A DNA stretch of 64,000 nucleotides from an uncultured archaeon (lineage in GTDB: Archaea; Asgardarchaeota; Heimdallarchaeia; Heimdallarchaeales; Heimdallarchaeaceae). The notes under the pieces were generated by a model, which saw only the letters and a program-made list of their open reading frames with translations, had not been told where the DNA came from and ran no database searches. This document shows positions 49,661 to 58,284 of the stretch, one piece after another. The stretch spans positions 42,610-106,609 of the forward strand of contig CAZJUB010000001.1 in assembly GCA_964549075.1 (NCBI GenBank), written 5' to 3'. A program made the position numbers and the translations under genes. Each line of letters opens with the position of its first letter. Within the stretch, counting starts at the first letter, position 1.

Positions 49661-50461
49661 ATGAGTACATATTCTGATGTAATGAAGTTAAGAGAACAAA
49701 ATTCTAAAAGATCTTATGCTGATGCACATTGTCACCTTATTCCTGAATGGTTCACTATGGACGAGATAAAGGAAATTGTTGATAAATCTAAACAAGCTCA
49801 AGTTGATTTAATCGTTAATAGTGTGGTTGACCCTGAATATTACGAATTCGCACTAGAAACCACGAAATTTGAAAGTATTCATCTTACAATTGGTTCTGAT
49901 CCCACCAAAATCTCCAATAAAAGATTTGATGATTTTACTGGATTCTTCAAAAAACATGAATCAGACATTGTTGCTATTGGTGAGATTGGATTAGATTTTC
50001 ACTGGGTAAAGGAACAAGAAAAACAAGTGGAGCAAGAGAAATTTTTCAGAATGTTTATTGATTTTGCTAGAGAGAATGATAAACCGATAGTGATACATTC
50101 GAGAGCAGCAGAATCTAGAGTTATTGAGATACTTAAAGAAAAGGGAGCTGAAGAAGTCTTAATGCATTGTTTCAGTGGAACTGAAGAACAAGCCAGAGAG
50201 ATATCGACTTTAGCTTGGTATGTTAGTGTTCCTACAAGTGCAATATATAAAAAGAATTTCCAAAAAATTCTGCAGTCAGTCTCTATAGATAGTTTATTAT
50301 TAGAAACAGATAGTCCATTCCACGCCTTAGTAAAAGATCAGAAAAATGATCCATCTAACATCCCAATTTTATGTAGACATGCATCTAGAATTTTGGAAGT
50401 AGAAGAGAAAGATTTAGCAGATATTGTTTATAAAAACACTCGAACATTCTATCGAATTTAA
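49661..50461 (+). CDS. tatD: TatD family nuclease
   Basis: DAHCHL, AIGEIGLD, IHSR, MHCFSG, LETDSP. Confidence 0.93.
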   Translation: MSTYSDVMKLREQNSKRSYADAHCHLIPEWFTMDEIKEIVDKSKQAQVDLIVNSVVDPEYYEFALETTKFESIHLTIGSDPTKISNKRFDDFTGFFKKHESDIVAIGEIGLDFHWVKEQEKQVEQEKFFRMFIDFARENDKPIVIHSRAAESRVIEILKEKGAEEVLMHCFSGTEEQAREISTLAWYVSVPTSAIYKKNFQKILQSVSIDSLLLETDSPFHALVKDQKNDPSNIPILCRHASRILEVEEKDLADIVYKNTRTFYRI

Positions 50462-50466
50462 GAGAA

Positions 50467-51303
50467 TTAAAGGAAAGCAATACTAGAAAAATCTTTACCA
50501 AGTAAATAACGTGAAATAATAGATTGATGAGTTTCAGTTTTTTCCACTTTTCTTATTCGTCTTAGAGTTTCTTTTGTCTCCCTAATATGATTTGAGCTAG
50601 TTGAATAGAATACTTTTGTAATCTCTTTTGTTTTATTTGTTAAATTTATTCTACTATTTATGTCTTTGAATAAATTTTTCGATTTTCTATTGGTTGAAAT
50701 GATTTCCCAATTTGTGTGAAAATAATGGTATAAATTGTAATTTTTTAATGGAAAAGAAGAGGATTTTAGAACATTTTCTCTATCTTTAACTTCCTTGACT
50801 AATTTATCGTTTTCAGTAATAGTATATGCATTAATATTCCTATTCAAATCTATAGCTTTTTTCCTAATATCATTAATGGTACTCGCTTTAGGAATAAATT
50901 TGATTAACTCAGAAGTAAATAAACCTGCGGCTGATCCAATTGTTGGTGAATCTACCAAATCTATTGTTATTCCAGAAACCATTTTTTTTGCAACAAGTGC
51001 ATGTTCATACACTGCAGGAGTAAAATAGGAAGAATGAATACTGATCAAAGAATCATATTCTTCTGCAAGAAAAGTATATAGTTCAACGAATTCTTTGATA
51101 TTAGGAGCAAAAATCCTTGCTTTTTTGTCACCATTAATAATAGATATCAACTCATCTGTATGGAGTTTATCTACACTTTCCCTTTCATAATGAGACTCTT
51201 TTTTAGAATCTTCTATGGAGTAACCTACAGGAAAAATATGCTCGTTTCTATATAATTCTAGAGGGATTTCTCTTGAACTATCTATAACTATTGCTTGCTT
51301 CAT
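50467..51303 (-). CDS. Degenerate DegV-like protein
   Basis: IVIDSS, APNIKEF, YDSLISIHSS, VDS..IG. Lacks the GGR and HxGP motifs. Confidence 0.65.
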   Translation of the reverse strand: MKQAIVIDSSREIPLELYRNEHIFPVGYSIEDSKKESHYERESVDKLHTDELISIINGDKKARIFAPNIKEFVELYTFLAEEYDSLISIHSSYFTPAVYEHALVAKKMVSGITIDLVDSPTIGSAAGLFTSELIKFIPKASTINDIRKKAIDLNRNINAYTITENDKLVKEVKDRENVLKSSSFPLKNYNLYHYFHTNWEIISTNRKSKNLFKDINSRINLTNKTKEITKVFYSTSSNHIRETKETLRRIRKVEKTETHQSIISRYLLGKDFSSIAFL

Positions 51304-51345
51304 GGTAACAGTCTATATTCATCATATGTTTTAGATAAATCTTTC

Positions 51346-51603
51346 CTATTCGTTGTTTTTGTTACCAGATTCTTCTTGTTGCTGTTTTTTAATAAATTCC
51401 TCGTAGTCTTCCACTGATACTTCTACTGCTATCGTACCTGACCATCCACATTCCTCATTCCTGCAAACGTGTTGAGGCATACCAAACACAGCAGGAATAT
51501 ACTTTGTAGCATGAAAACAGACTGGACAAACCGTCACTGTATCCTTTATACTACGTTTTTTAAATGAAGGTTTAGGAAAATTCTCAGATTCGTCTTCTTT
51601 AAT
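51346..51603 (-). CDS. Small zinc-ribbon protein (possible ATT start; alternative GTG 51537)
   Basis: CPVC...CRNEECGW. Frame open to ATT 51603, which sits 5 nt after a GGTGA SD. Confidence 0.65.
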   Translation of the reverse strand: MKEDESENFPKPSFKKRSIKDTVTVCPVCFHATKYIPAVFGMPQHVCRNEECGWSGTIAVEVSVEDYEEFIKKQQQEESGNKNNE

Positions 51604-51617
51604 TTATGTCACCTATT

Positions 51618-51935
51618 TTAGAATTGTACTTCAATGTTGTTTGCTGGAAAACCAAAATCTTCAAGAATTTGCTTAATTTTATATCGATGATCACCTTGAA
51701 GCTCAATTCTACCCTCTTTTTGAGTACCACCACAAGCTAGCTTAGATTTTAGTTTCTTAGCTAATGCGCTTAAATCTACTTCATTAGGGTCAATTCCTGT
51801 GACAAGAGTATAGTTTTTACCATACCTTCTCTTTTCCAAAAAAACTCTTATAATCTGTTCTTCTTTAGCTATTTCCTCACAGACACATAAATCTTGAGGA
51901 AGACCACATACACTGCATAAATCGTCTTCTAACAC
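51618..51935 (-). CDS. sui1: Translation initiation factor aIF1 (SUI1)
   Basis: CSVCGLPQDLCVC, KRRYGK, LKSKLACGGT, IELQGDH. Probable start GTG 51935 downstream of a TATA box at 51958-51965. Confidence 0.95.
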   Translation of the reverse strand: MLEDDLCSVCGLPQDLCVCEEIAKEEQIIRVFLEKRRYGKNYTLVTGIDPNEVDLSALAKKLKSKLACGGTQKEGRIELQGDHRYKIKQILEDFGFPANNIEVQF

Positions 51936-52033
51936 ATCTATTAAGAAGTGATAAGCATATTTATATTTTGTCATTTCCCCTTTTTTAAAAACACACAAAA
52001 ATCATTTAATAATAGTAGAATTTAGTAGAGTTA

Positions 52034-53635
52034 ATGACTATCTTAATCGTGGATGCTTTAGCAGCAAACGAAGGACGTAGAAAATTCTCTAGAGATGCTA
52101 TAGGAGTAGGTCCACGATTATTAGCAGGGATTTGTGAAAAAAATAACAGAGTTGCTAAAATAGTAAGAGTCGAAGATTTACTTGATAAAGAACATTTTTT
52201 AGATAGAATAAACTCTAAAATTTTTCTCATAAGCGCAATGTCAGTGGATAAAATAGCTGTACAAAGAGTTATTATACGGATTAAAAAGAACATTTCAAAA
52301 CCAATAATAATTCTCGGAGGACCAATTGTAGCTGAACAGACAATTTTACGAGAAATTGATATATCAGCAGGAATTGTGGGAGAAGGTGAGTACATTTTAG
52401 ATGGTCTTCTTAGGAACGATTTTTCTTTTGAGAACCTTGGTACTGTTCTAGATGAAAGAATCAATATCGATAAAATTAAAAATTCATTGATAATTCAAAA
52501 TCGCAAATTAAGTACAGAATCTATCTTTGAGGAATTTCCTCCTTCTACAAATAAAATAACAGATTATCCAGATTATTGGTTTTCCAAAGTGTATGTTGAG
52601 ATAACACGTGGTTGCTCTAATCATTTTAGAGGAGACATAGTAAAAAAACAAGGGGGATGCAGCGATTGTGGAAATTGTAATGATCCTGATGACGTTTTTA
52701 GAGCTGATTGTCCTGAAGATATCCCACCAGGATGCGGATTTTGCTCAGTTCCAGCTACTTTTGGACCTCCTAGAAGCAAATCACAAGCATTGGTTGTTAA
52801 AGAAATAAAGGAACTTTTTCGAAAGGGAGTAAGAAGGATAATTCTTTCTTCTCCAGGTTTCTTTGATTACTTTAGAGGAGAAAACAGCAAAACTCTTTAT
52901 TCTCCAACCAAACCTTTACCAAATTTAAAGAAGATTTCAGAGTTGCTAACTGAGCTTGCGCATATTAGGGATGAGCAATCTGAATTATGTAGCATATCAA
53001 TTGAGAATGTTAAACCATCACTAGTAAGTGAATCAGGTGCAAGAATCATAGGAAAAACTCTCCCAGAAACAGCCATAAGTATTGGATGTGAAACATTTGA
53101 TGTAAATCACAGTACTGCAATAGGAAGACCTTCTTCCTCAAATCAAGCTTTAGAAGCAGCAAGAATGTTCAAGGAGGTAGGAATTGCCCCACAGATTTAT
53201 CTTATTCATTCGTTACCAGGAGAAACTACAGAAACCTTGAGAACTACAAGAAAAGTCGTGAACGGAAAACTGAAGGATTTTGCTGAAAAAATAACAGTGT
53301 ATAAATATCTTCCTCTACCAAATTCACCTTTTACTGTAACAGGATCATCTGCTCCTGCTGATAGAAAATTGTTATCAGAAATACGTAAAAGACTCATACA
53401 AGATATAATTGATTTTAATAAGAAAAAGAAAGAAGAATTAATAGGTGATAAATTATATCTAATTGTGGCTGAGAAGGATCTTCAGCATAAGAATTACTAC
53501 TTTTCATATCCAATATACAGTGGACCAGCTGTAACAATCTATTCTGAAAACAATATTCTAGGTAAAACTGTTCTTGCAGAAATTACTAGAGCAATCACTG
53601 ACAGATTAGTAGAAGCTAAGATTATTAAAGAGTAG
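52034..53635 (+). CDS. B12-binding-domain radical SAM protein with C-terminal TRAM-like domain
   Basis: LISAMS, ILGGP, GEGE, EITRGCSN...GCGFCSVP, IGCET, C-terminal beta-rich domain. Confidence 0.8.
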   Translation: MTILIVDALAANEGRRKFSRDAIGVGPRLLAGICEKNNRVAKIVRVEDLLDKEHFLDRINSKIFLISAMSVDKIAVQRVIIRIKKNISKPIIILGGPIVAEQTILREIDISAGIVGEGEYILDGLLRNDFSFENLGTVLDERINIDKIKNSLIIQNRKLSTESIFEEFPPSTNKITDYPDYWFSKVYVEITRGCSNHFRGDIVKKQGGCSDCGNCNDPDDVFRADCPEDIPPGCGFCSVPATFGPPRSKSQALVVKEIKELFRKGVRRIILSSPGFFDYFRGENSKTLYSPTKPLPNLKKISELLTELAHIRDEQSELCSISIENVKPSLVSESGARIIGKTLPETAISIGCETFDVNHSTAIGRPSSSNQALEAARMFKEVGIAPQIYLIHSLPGETTETLRTTRKVVNGKLKDFAEKITVYKYLPLPNSPFTVTGSSAPADRKLLSEIRKRLIQDIIDFNKKKKEELIGDKLYLIVAEKDLQHKNYYFSYPIYSGPAVTIYSENNILGKTVLAEITRAITDRLVEAKIIKE

Positions 53636-53641
53636 AAATTT

Positions 53642-53920
53642 TTACATTCCACTTTTATAATCTATTCCTAAAGCCAAATATTTGACTAAATTTGGATCTT
53701 TTATCCTCAAAACTCTTCTAATTGCAAAAGGTAGTATGAAAGCGATAAAAACAACTACACCTCCAAACCACGGATATATCCAGATATTCCATTCTAATAA
53801 AAATCCTATTAAGAATATTACAAAACCAAGCATAATTAAAGCCAAAGATACCCATCTAAAAGTGTTGTAAATCCTTACTCTTCTTTGAAAAAAAGTTTCA
53901 ACATTAATTTCTTTATCCAA
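53642..53920 (-). CDS. Small two-TM membrane protein
   Basis: Two hydrophobic helices. Start placed at TTG 53920 after GGTG. Confidence 0.6.
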   Translation of the reverse strand: MDKEINVETFFQRRVRIYNTFRWVSLALIMLGFVIFLIGFLLEWNIWIYPWFGGVVVFIAFILPFAIRRVLRIKDPNLVKYLALGIDYKSGM

Positions 53921-54048
53921 TTTTACACCATGTAAAATAGAACACAAGTATTTATTAAATTTAACTAAATGTCAGCTAATTATTTATGTTTCTAAATGTC
54001 TTATTTCTTTTTATTTAATATTAGTTGGAAAGTGGATTATTTCATTAT

Positions 54049-54423
54049 CTAAGGAGAATAAACTCCTGTAAACCTATCATATGTTCCTTGAAGTTTTCCA
54101 TTATTTTGAAGAAATAATAACCAATTATGTATTTCACCAGGTAAGAGAGGAATTAATTCTGCAAGTCCGATATCTTTTGATCCTATAGTCAGAGGTCTTA
54201 AGCTATTATACAAACCACGTTCATATGTTGCCTCTGCTATAGAAATAGTTGTTATTGCTTGAAGGTGAAGTCTTCCTGATACGCTTAGAATACACCAGAG
54301 AAAGGATTTTGCAATATCTTCTATTACTCTTCTAAGCTCATCATTTACAGTTGGGCTTCGATATCTATCTTGAAGAAAAGGAACAAGAAAATCTCTTAAC
54401 TCTTGATAATTTTTCTCTATCAT
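54049..54423 (-). CDS. Hypothetical protein, winged-helix/PCI-like C-terminus
   Basis: EIHNWLLFLQNNGKLQGTYDRFTGVY resembles the end of PCI winged-helix domains. Confidence 0.5.
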   Translation of the reverse strand: MIEKNYQELRDFLVPFLQDRYRSPTVNDELRRVIEDIAKSFLWCILSVSGRLHLQAITTISIAEATYERGLYNSLRPLTIGSKDIGLAELIPLLPGEIHNWLLFLQNNGKLQGTYDRFTGVYSP

Positions 54424-54506
54424 AGATTAACAAAACCATTCTCAACTATTAATTTTTCTCAAAAATCTGTTTTAGATAGTTAAATGATTTGCTTTGAAAA
54501 AAGTTC

Positions 54507-54653
54507 TTACCTTGCTTTGACAGGTTTAGCGATTAATGAACGTTGTTTGATAAGAATTCTATTAGAACATTTAGGACATTTAACACCAGGTAAAATTCTG
54601 AGTTCTCCTGGAGTTATTTCATTTTTACATCGTTGGCATACGTATTTTGTCAT
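54507..54653 (-). CDS. rpoP: DNA-directed RNA polymerase subunit P (Rpo12), not in ORF track
   Basis: Translated by hand: MTKYVCQRCKNEITPGELRILPGVKCPKCSNRILIKQRSLIAKPVKAR (48 aa), with YxCxxC...CPxC.xRIL.K.R...VKAR. Confidence 0.9.
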   Translation of the reverse strand: MTKYVCQRCKNEITPGELRILPGVKCPKCSNRILIKQRSLIAKPVKAR

Positions 54654-54705
54654 CGAATTTCACATTCTTCTTATATTCTTAATCTTTTCTGTTGCTGTTC
54701 TATAA

Positions 54706-55221
54706 TTATCCAGAACTCTTTTTCTTGTTTTCTAGTAATTGGCAAATGATACCATGTAATTTTACAATTTGACCCCAATGATGAATTGCATGCATTGTAA
54801 GTATACCATATCTTTGAATAAAAGCATCTTGATTATCTTTCAAATCGCTTAGATTTCCACCTAACTTACCCAGTTCAACTCCCCTAAGAATTTCTTCGGT
54901 TTCATTTATAATTTGTTCGTAAAGCTTTAGACTTGATTCAATAACATTATTTTCATCTATCTCATCAAGTTTTTCAATGGAAAATTTCAAAGAATTATCT
55001 TTCATCATATTGTTTGTTGATCTGAGAGGAGAGAGTGCATGGTGAATCATATCTAAGAGTCTTTCTTCAACTTCAGAATCCTTCCACACTTCTTTTAAAG
55101 GAATTTTCATTGCTTCCTCTTTATATTCATTTCTTGTTTTAAATACATGTTCAAGATAACCTTTCTGGAATTTATTTTGAGTAACTAGATGAGAAAAATC
55201 TTTGGTAACCATTTTAAGCAT
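54706..55221 (-). CDS. DinB family protein
   Basis: MIHH and MHAIHHWGQI motifs. Confidence 0.7.
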   Translation of the reverse strand: MLKMVTKDFSHLVTQNKFQKGYLEHVFKTRNEYKEEAMKIPLKEVWKDSEVEERLLDMIHHALSPLRSTNNMMKDNSLKFSIEKLDEIDENNVIESSLKLYEQIINETEEILRGVELGKLGGNLSDLKDNQDAFIQRYGILTMHAIHHWGQIVKLHGIICQLLENKKKSSG

Positions 55222-55285
55222 TTTAACTAGAGGAAATAGACTATTTAAGAGTAAGTTTCTACAAAAAAATTGTGAGAGAAAGCTT

Positions 55286-56821
55286 TTACTTCTCTATTTG
55301 CTCAAATTCTTTAAATTCATCAAAATCTGCTTCTCCATCCATTAACTCACCAAGAGCGATTTCCAAATCTTCAAGAGGGAGTTTAATTTGTTTCATAGTA
55401 TCTCTATCTCTAATTGTCACAGAATATTCTTTGAGAGAATCATAATCCACTGTAACACAGTAAGGAATACCTATTTCATCTGCTCTTGCATATCTTTTTC
55501 CTATTTTTCCACTCTCATCGTAGAAAGATAAGTATCCTGCATCTTTTAGTTCTTGGTGAATTTCTTGAGCTAATTCTGCTAAACCATCCTTTTTCATCAA
55601 AGGAAAGACTGCAACTTCTAAAGGTGCAACAACAGGTGGAAATTGGAACCAAGTCCAACCCCTATTATCTTCTCTGAAACATTTTTCTAAGACTGTATAA
55701 AAAATCCTTCCAACACCTAATGAAGGTTCACAGACGTGAGGAACAACTTTTTTACCATCTGGCATTGCAATTTCAAAGTTAGAATTTGTGGCTTTTGCAT
55801 GTTTTTGAAGATCATAATCTGTCCGTAAAGCATTCCCAATAATTTCCATATGTCCTATAGACAGATCAGCTTCCAAATCAAAATTACCAGCTGAGTAATG
55901 AGGAGCTTCATTATCTTGCATATGACGGAACCAGAAAGAATCTTCGGGAACACCCATTGCTTGAAGCATTTCAGTTTCCATAGCTAAATAATACGCCAGA
56001 TATTGATTTGGGATGAGTTTTTCTTCAACTGCTGCTTCTGTTGTAACCTTTAGTGGTTCATCCCATCCTTTTTCTTGCATTTCACGAGTAACCACATTTA
56101 TTTCTATATCCGCTACCTCATGAAATCGTGGATGTTCATTCTCCTTATCATGATCATAGAACATCTCTATTTCCATTTGCTCGAATTCTCTTCCTCTAAT
56201 TAAGAAATTGCGGGGAGAAATCTCATTTCTGAACGAAGATCCCATCTGAGCGATTCCAAAGGGAAGCTTGTTACGCATAAAATTCACTAATCGTTTGAAA
56301 TTAATGAAAATGTTTTGAGCTGTTTCTGGTCTAAGATATCCATTAATTCCTCCAGTTGGACCAATTTCAGTTTTAAACATCAAGTTGAATTCTCTTGTTT
56401 TTGATAAAGTTCCTTTACAGTTTGGACAACTGATATTATTTTTACTAATTATTTTGTCCAATTCATCTAAAGAAAGACCTTCAGCTATCTGACTAGTTGC
56501 ATCTTTAATAATGGTATCAGCTTTGAACATTGAGTTACATTGCTCACACTGAACCAAGGGATCTTCAAATGAGTCTAAATGCCCTGATGCTTTAAAAACT
56601 GCTTCAGGAAGTAGAACAGAACCTGCAACTTCGAAGATGTTATCTTCATCTAAAACAAAACTCTGTCTCCACAAATCAATAATCTTTTGTCTCATCAAAG
56701 TTCCAAGAGGGCCATAATCGTAGAAACCTCCTGCTCCACCATAAATTTCAGCTGTTGGATTTACAAAACCTCGACGAAGGCACACTTCGATGATTTTATC
56801 CATAAATCTTTCTTCAGACAT
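55286..56821 (-). CDS. glyS: Glycine--tRNA ligase (homodimeric archaeal/eukaryotic type)
   Basis: RRGF, YDYGPLG, FNLMF, LRPETAQ, FRNEISPR, REFEQME, EPSLGVGR, IGKRYARADEIG. Confidence 0.96.
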   Translation of the reverse strand: MSEERFMDKIIEVCLRRGFVNPTAEIYGGAGGFYDYGPLGTLMRQKIIDLWRQSFVLDEDNIFEVAGSVLLPEAVFKASGHLDSFEDPLVQCEQCNSMFKADTIIKDATSQIAEGLSLDELDKIISKNNISCPNCKGTLSKTREFNLMFKTEIGPTGGINGYLRPETAQNIFINFKRLVNFMRNKLPFGIAQMGSSFRNEISPRNFLIRGREFEQMEIEMFYDHDKENEHPRFHEVADIEINVVTREMQEKGWDEPLKVTTEAAVEEKLIPNQYLAYYLAMETEMLQAMGVPEDSFWFRHMQDNEAPHYSAGNFDLEADLSIGHMEIIGNALRTDYDLQKHAKATNSNFEIAMPDGKKVVPHVCEPSLGVGRIFYTVLEKCFREDNRGWTWFQFPPVVAPLEVAVFPLMKKDGLAELAQEIHQELKDAGYLSFYDESGKIGKRYARADEIGIPYCVTVDYDSLKEYSVTIRDRDTMKQIKLPLEDLEIALGELMDGEADFDEFKEFEQIEK

Positions 56822-56962
56822 TTTAATACAATGCCACAAAAGAGATGTGATTAATAAAAGCTTTGAAAAAAGTCAAAAAAAGAATAACTTAATTCATTAT
56901 TCTCAAAAGCTGAAAATCTCATCAACTTTAAAAAGGCGCTCAAAAATTTAGCGGAAAAATCA

Positions 56963-57270
56963 CTATTTCATAGCTTTTTTTCTCATTTCCTCAGGCATTT
57001 TTTCTATTGCATATCTTAGTGAAAGTCTTGGCATTGAATCTTTTCTTTTCATCACCCAATCGAAAACCTCTTGTTGATATGTATTTGATGCTTCTTTTAA
57101 TATCCAGCCATAACCTTTCAATACATATATTTCTGAATCTTGAAATAAATCATTAGCAATATCAAAAGCTCCATCTAAGAACAAAAATCAATTTCTTTAA
57201 GTTTAGCGTTAGCATGCTCTTGTAATGTATCTAAAATGTGTTTAGTAAACTCCTCAATTTCCTTCTCCAT
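56963..57270 (-). pseudogene. DNA alkylation repair (AlkD-like) pseudogene
   Basis: ATG 57270 gives MEKEIEEFTKHILDTLQEHAN... and stops after 31 codons. The C-terminal D.EIYVLKGYGWILKE...MPR.SLRYAIEK is in another frame, and the middle of the domain is missing. Confidence 0.75.
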
Positions 57271-57431
57271 AAATTAACAATTTGATATTGATATAAAATA
57301 TTGTAGATTTATTCGTGAGATTGGAAAACAATCTTCGAAAGGAAAAATGTGATAGAATGGTTTTTCATTTATATAATATTTAAATACCAAAAAAGACATT
57401 TTTTTATGAAAAAAATAGAGTGGGCTATATC

Positions 57432-58043
57432 ATGAAAATCAATGTAAAAAACATAGAAGATGACTTAGAAGGAAATTGGTGGAATCACATTAGTATAGCT
57501 GATTTCAGTTTCCAAGAAACAATCACAAATCTTAGTGAGCATGAAGTGAAATTAGATGATATTTTAATCCACAAACAGATTCTAGAAGGGGACAATTTCC
57601 CAACTATAGTCTACCACAAAATTGTCAAGGAAGGAACGAATATAATCACAAATGCTCAAATGAAAAATCTTCTAGAAGACAGATTAGTAAAATACATCAA
57701 AAAGAATAAAACTTTTCCAAATTTCTGTAGTGTAGCTAAATTTTTCAAGAATGGAGCAGCACAAGTAAATTACAAACCAACAAGGTATGATAGTTTTGCC
57801 TTGAAGATTATACCTGAAGTACATAATATCACTGATGAGAAAGAATTTTTATCTAAAGTTAAAACAACTAAAACCAAGACTCCTTCTAAAGCAAAAGAAT
57901 GGGATATTGCAAGCAAAAGTAATCCTAGGAAGAAGTATATAGTCACCTATTCACCCGGAAGAGGTTGGAGTTGTATATGTCCTCAATATACCTTTCGAAA
58001 AGTAACATGTAAACATATACAAGAATGTAAAAACAAAATTTGA
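57432..58043 (+). CDS. SWIM zinc-finger domain protein
   Basis: SKSNPRKKYIV...WSCICPQY...CKHI at the C-terminus. Confidence 0.8.
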   Translation: MKINVKNIEDDLEGNWWNHISIADFSFQETITNLSEHEVKLDDILIHKQILEGDNFPTIVYHKIVKEGTNIITNAQMKNLLEDRLVKYIKKNKTFPNFCSVAKFFKNGAAQVNYKPTRYDSFALKIIPEVHNITDEKEFLSKVKTTKTKTPSKAKEWDIASKSNPRKKYIVTYSPGRGWSCICPQYTFRKVTCKHIQECKNKI

Positions 58044-58284
58044 TTCTCTAGCTAAAAAAATAGCGTTTTTACAAAAAATGTATAAGTGTAAAAATAATTT
58101 TTTACGTATGAATTCCAAGTTGGGAAATATTCTTTTCAGAATTCTCGCTGGATTTCTGTTGATTTTAGCTTGAGGGGGAATAATATTATATCTTTCGTTT
58201 ATGAGAAATGAGGGATATTTAAACATAATAATCATTTACGAAATAGGAGTTGAAAAAGCAGTAATATCTCTTATTCTTCTTTGT

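Noticed and set aside
51936-51998. N-terminal extension MCVFKKGEMTKYKYAYHFLID of aIF1
   Set aside because: It spans the TATA box and has no similarity to aIF1 N-termini.
52006-52464. Minus-strand 152-aa ORF and similar antisense ORFs (for example 32589..33095, 9873..10214, 49116..49445)
   Set aside because: They overlap well-supported genes on the opposite strand and have no motifs of their own.
54484-54705. Plus-strand 73-aa ORF from the track
   Set aside because: It is the antisense shadow of the real rpo12 gene on the minus strand.
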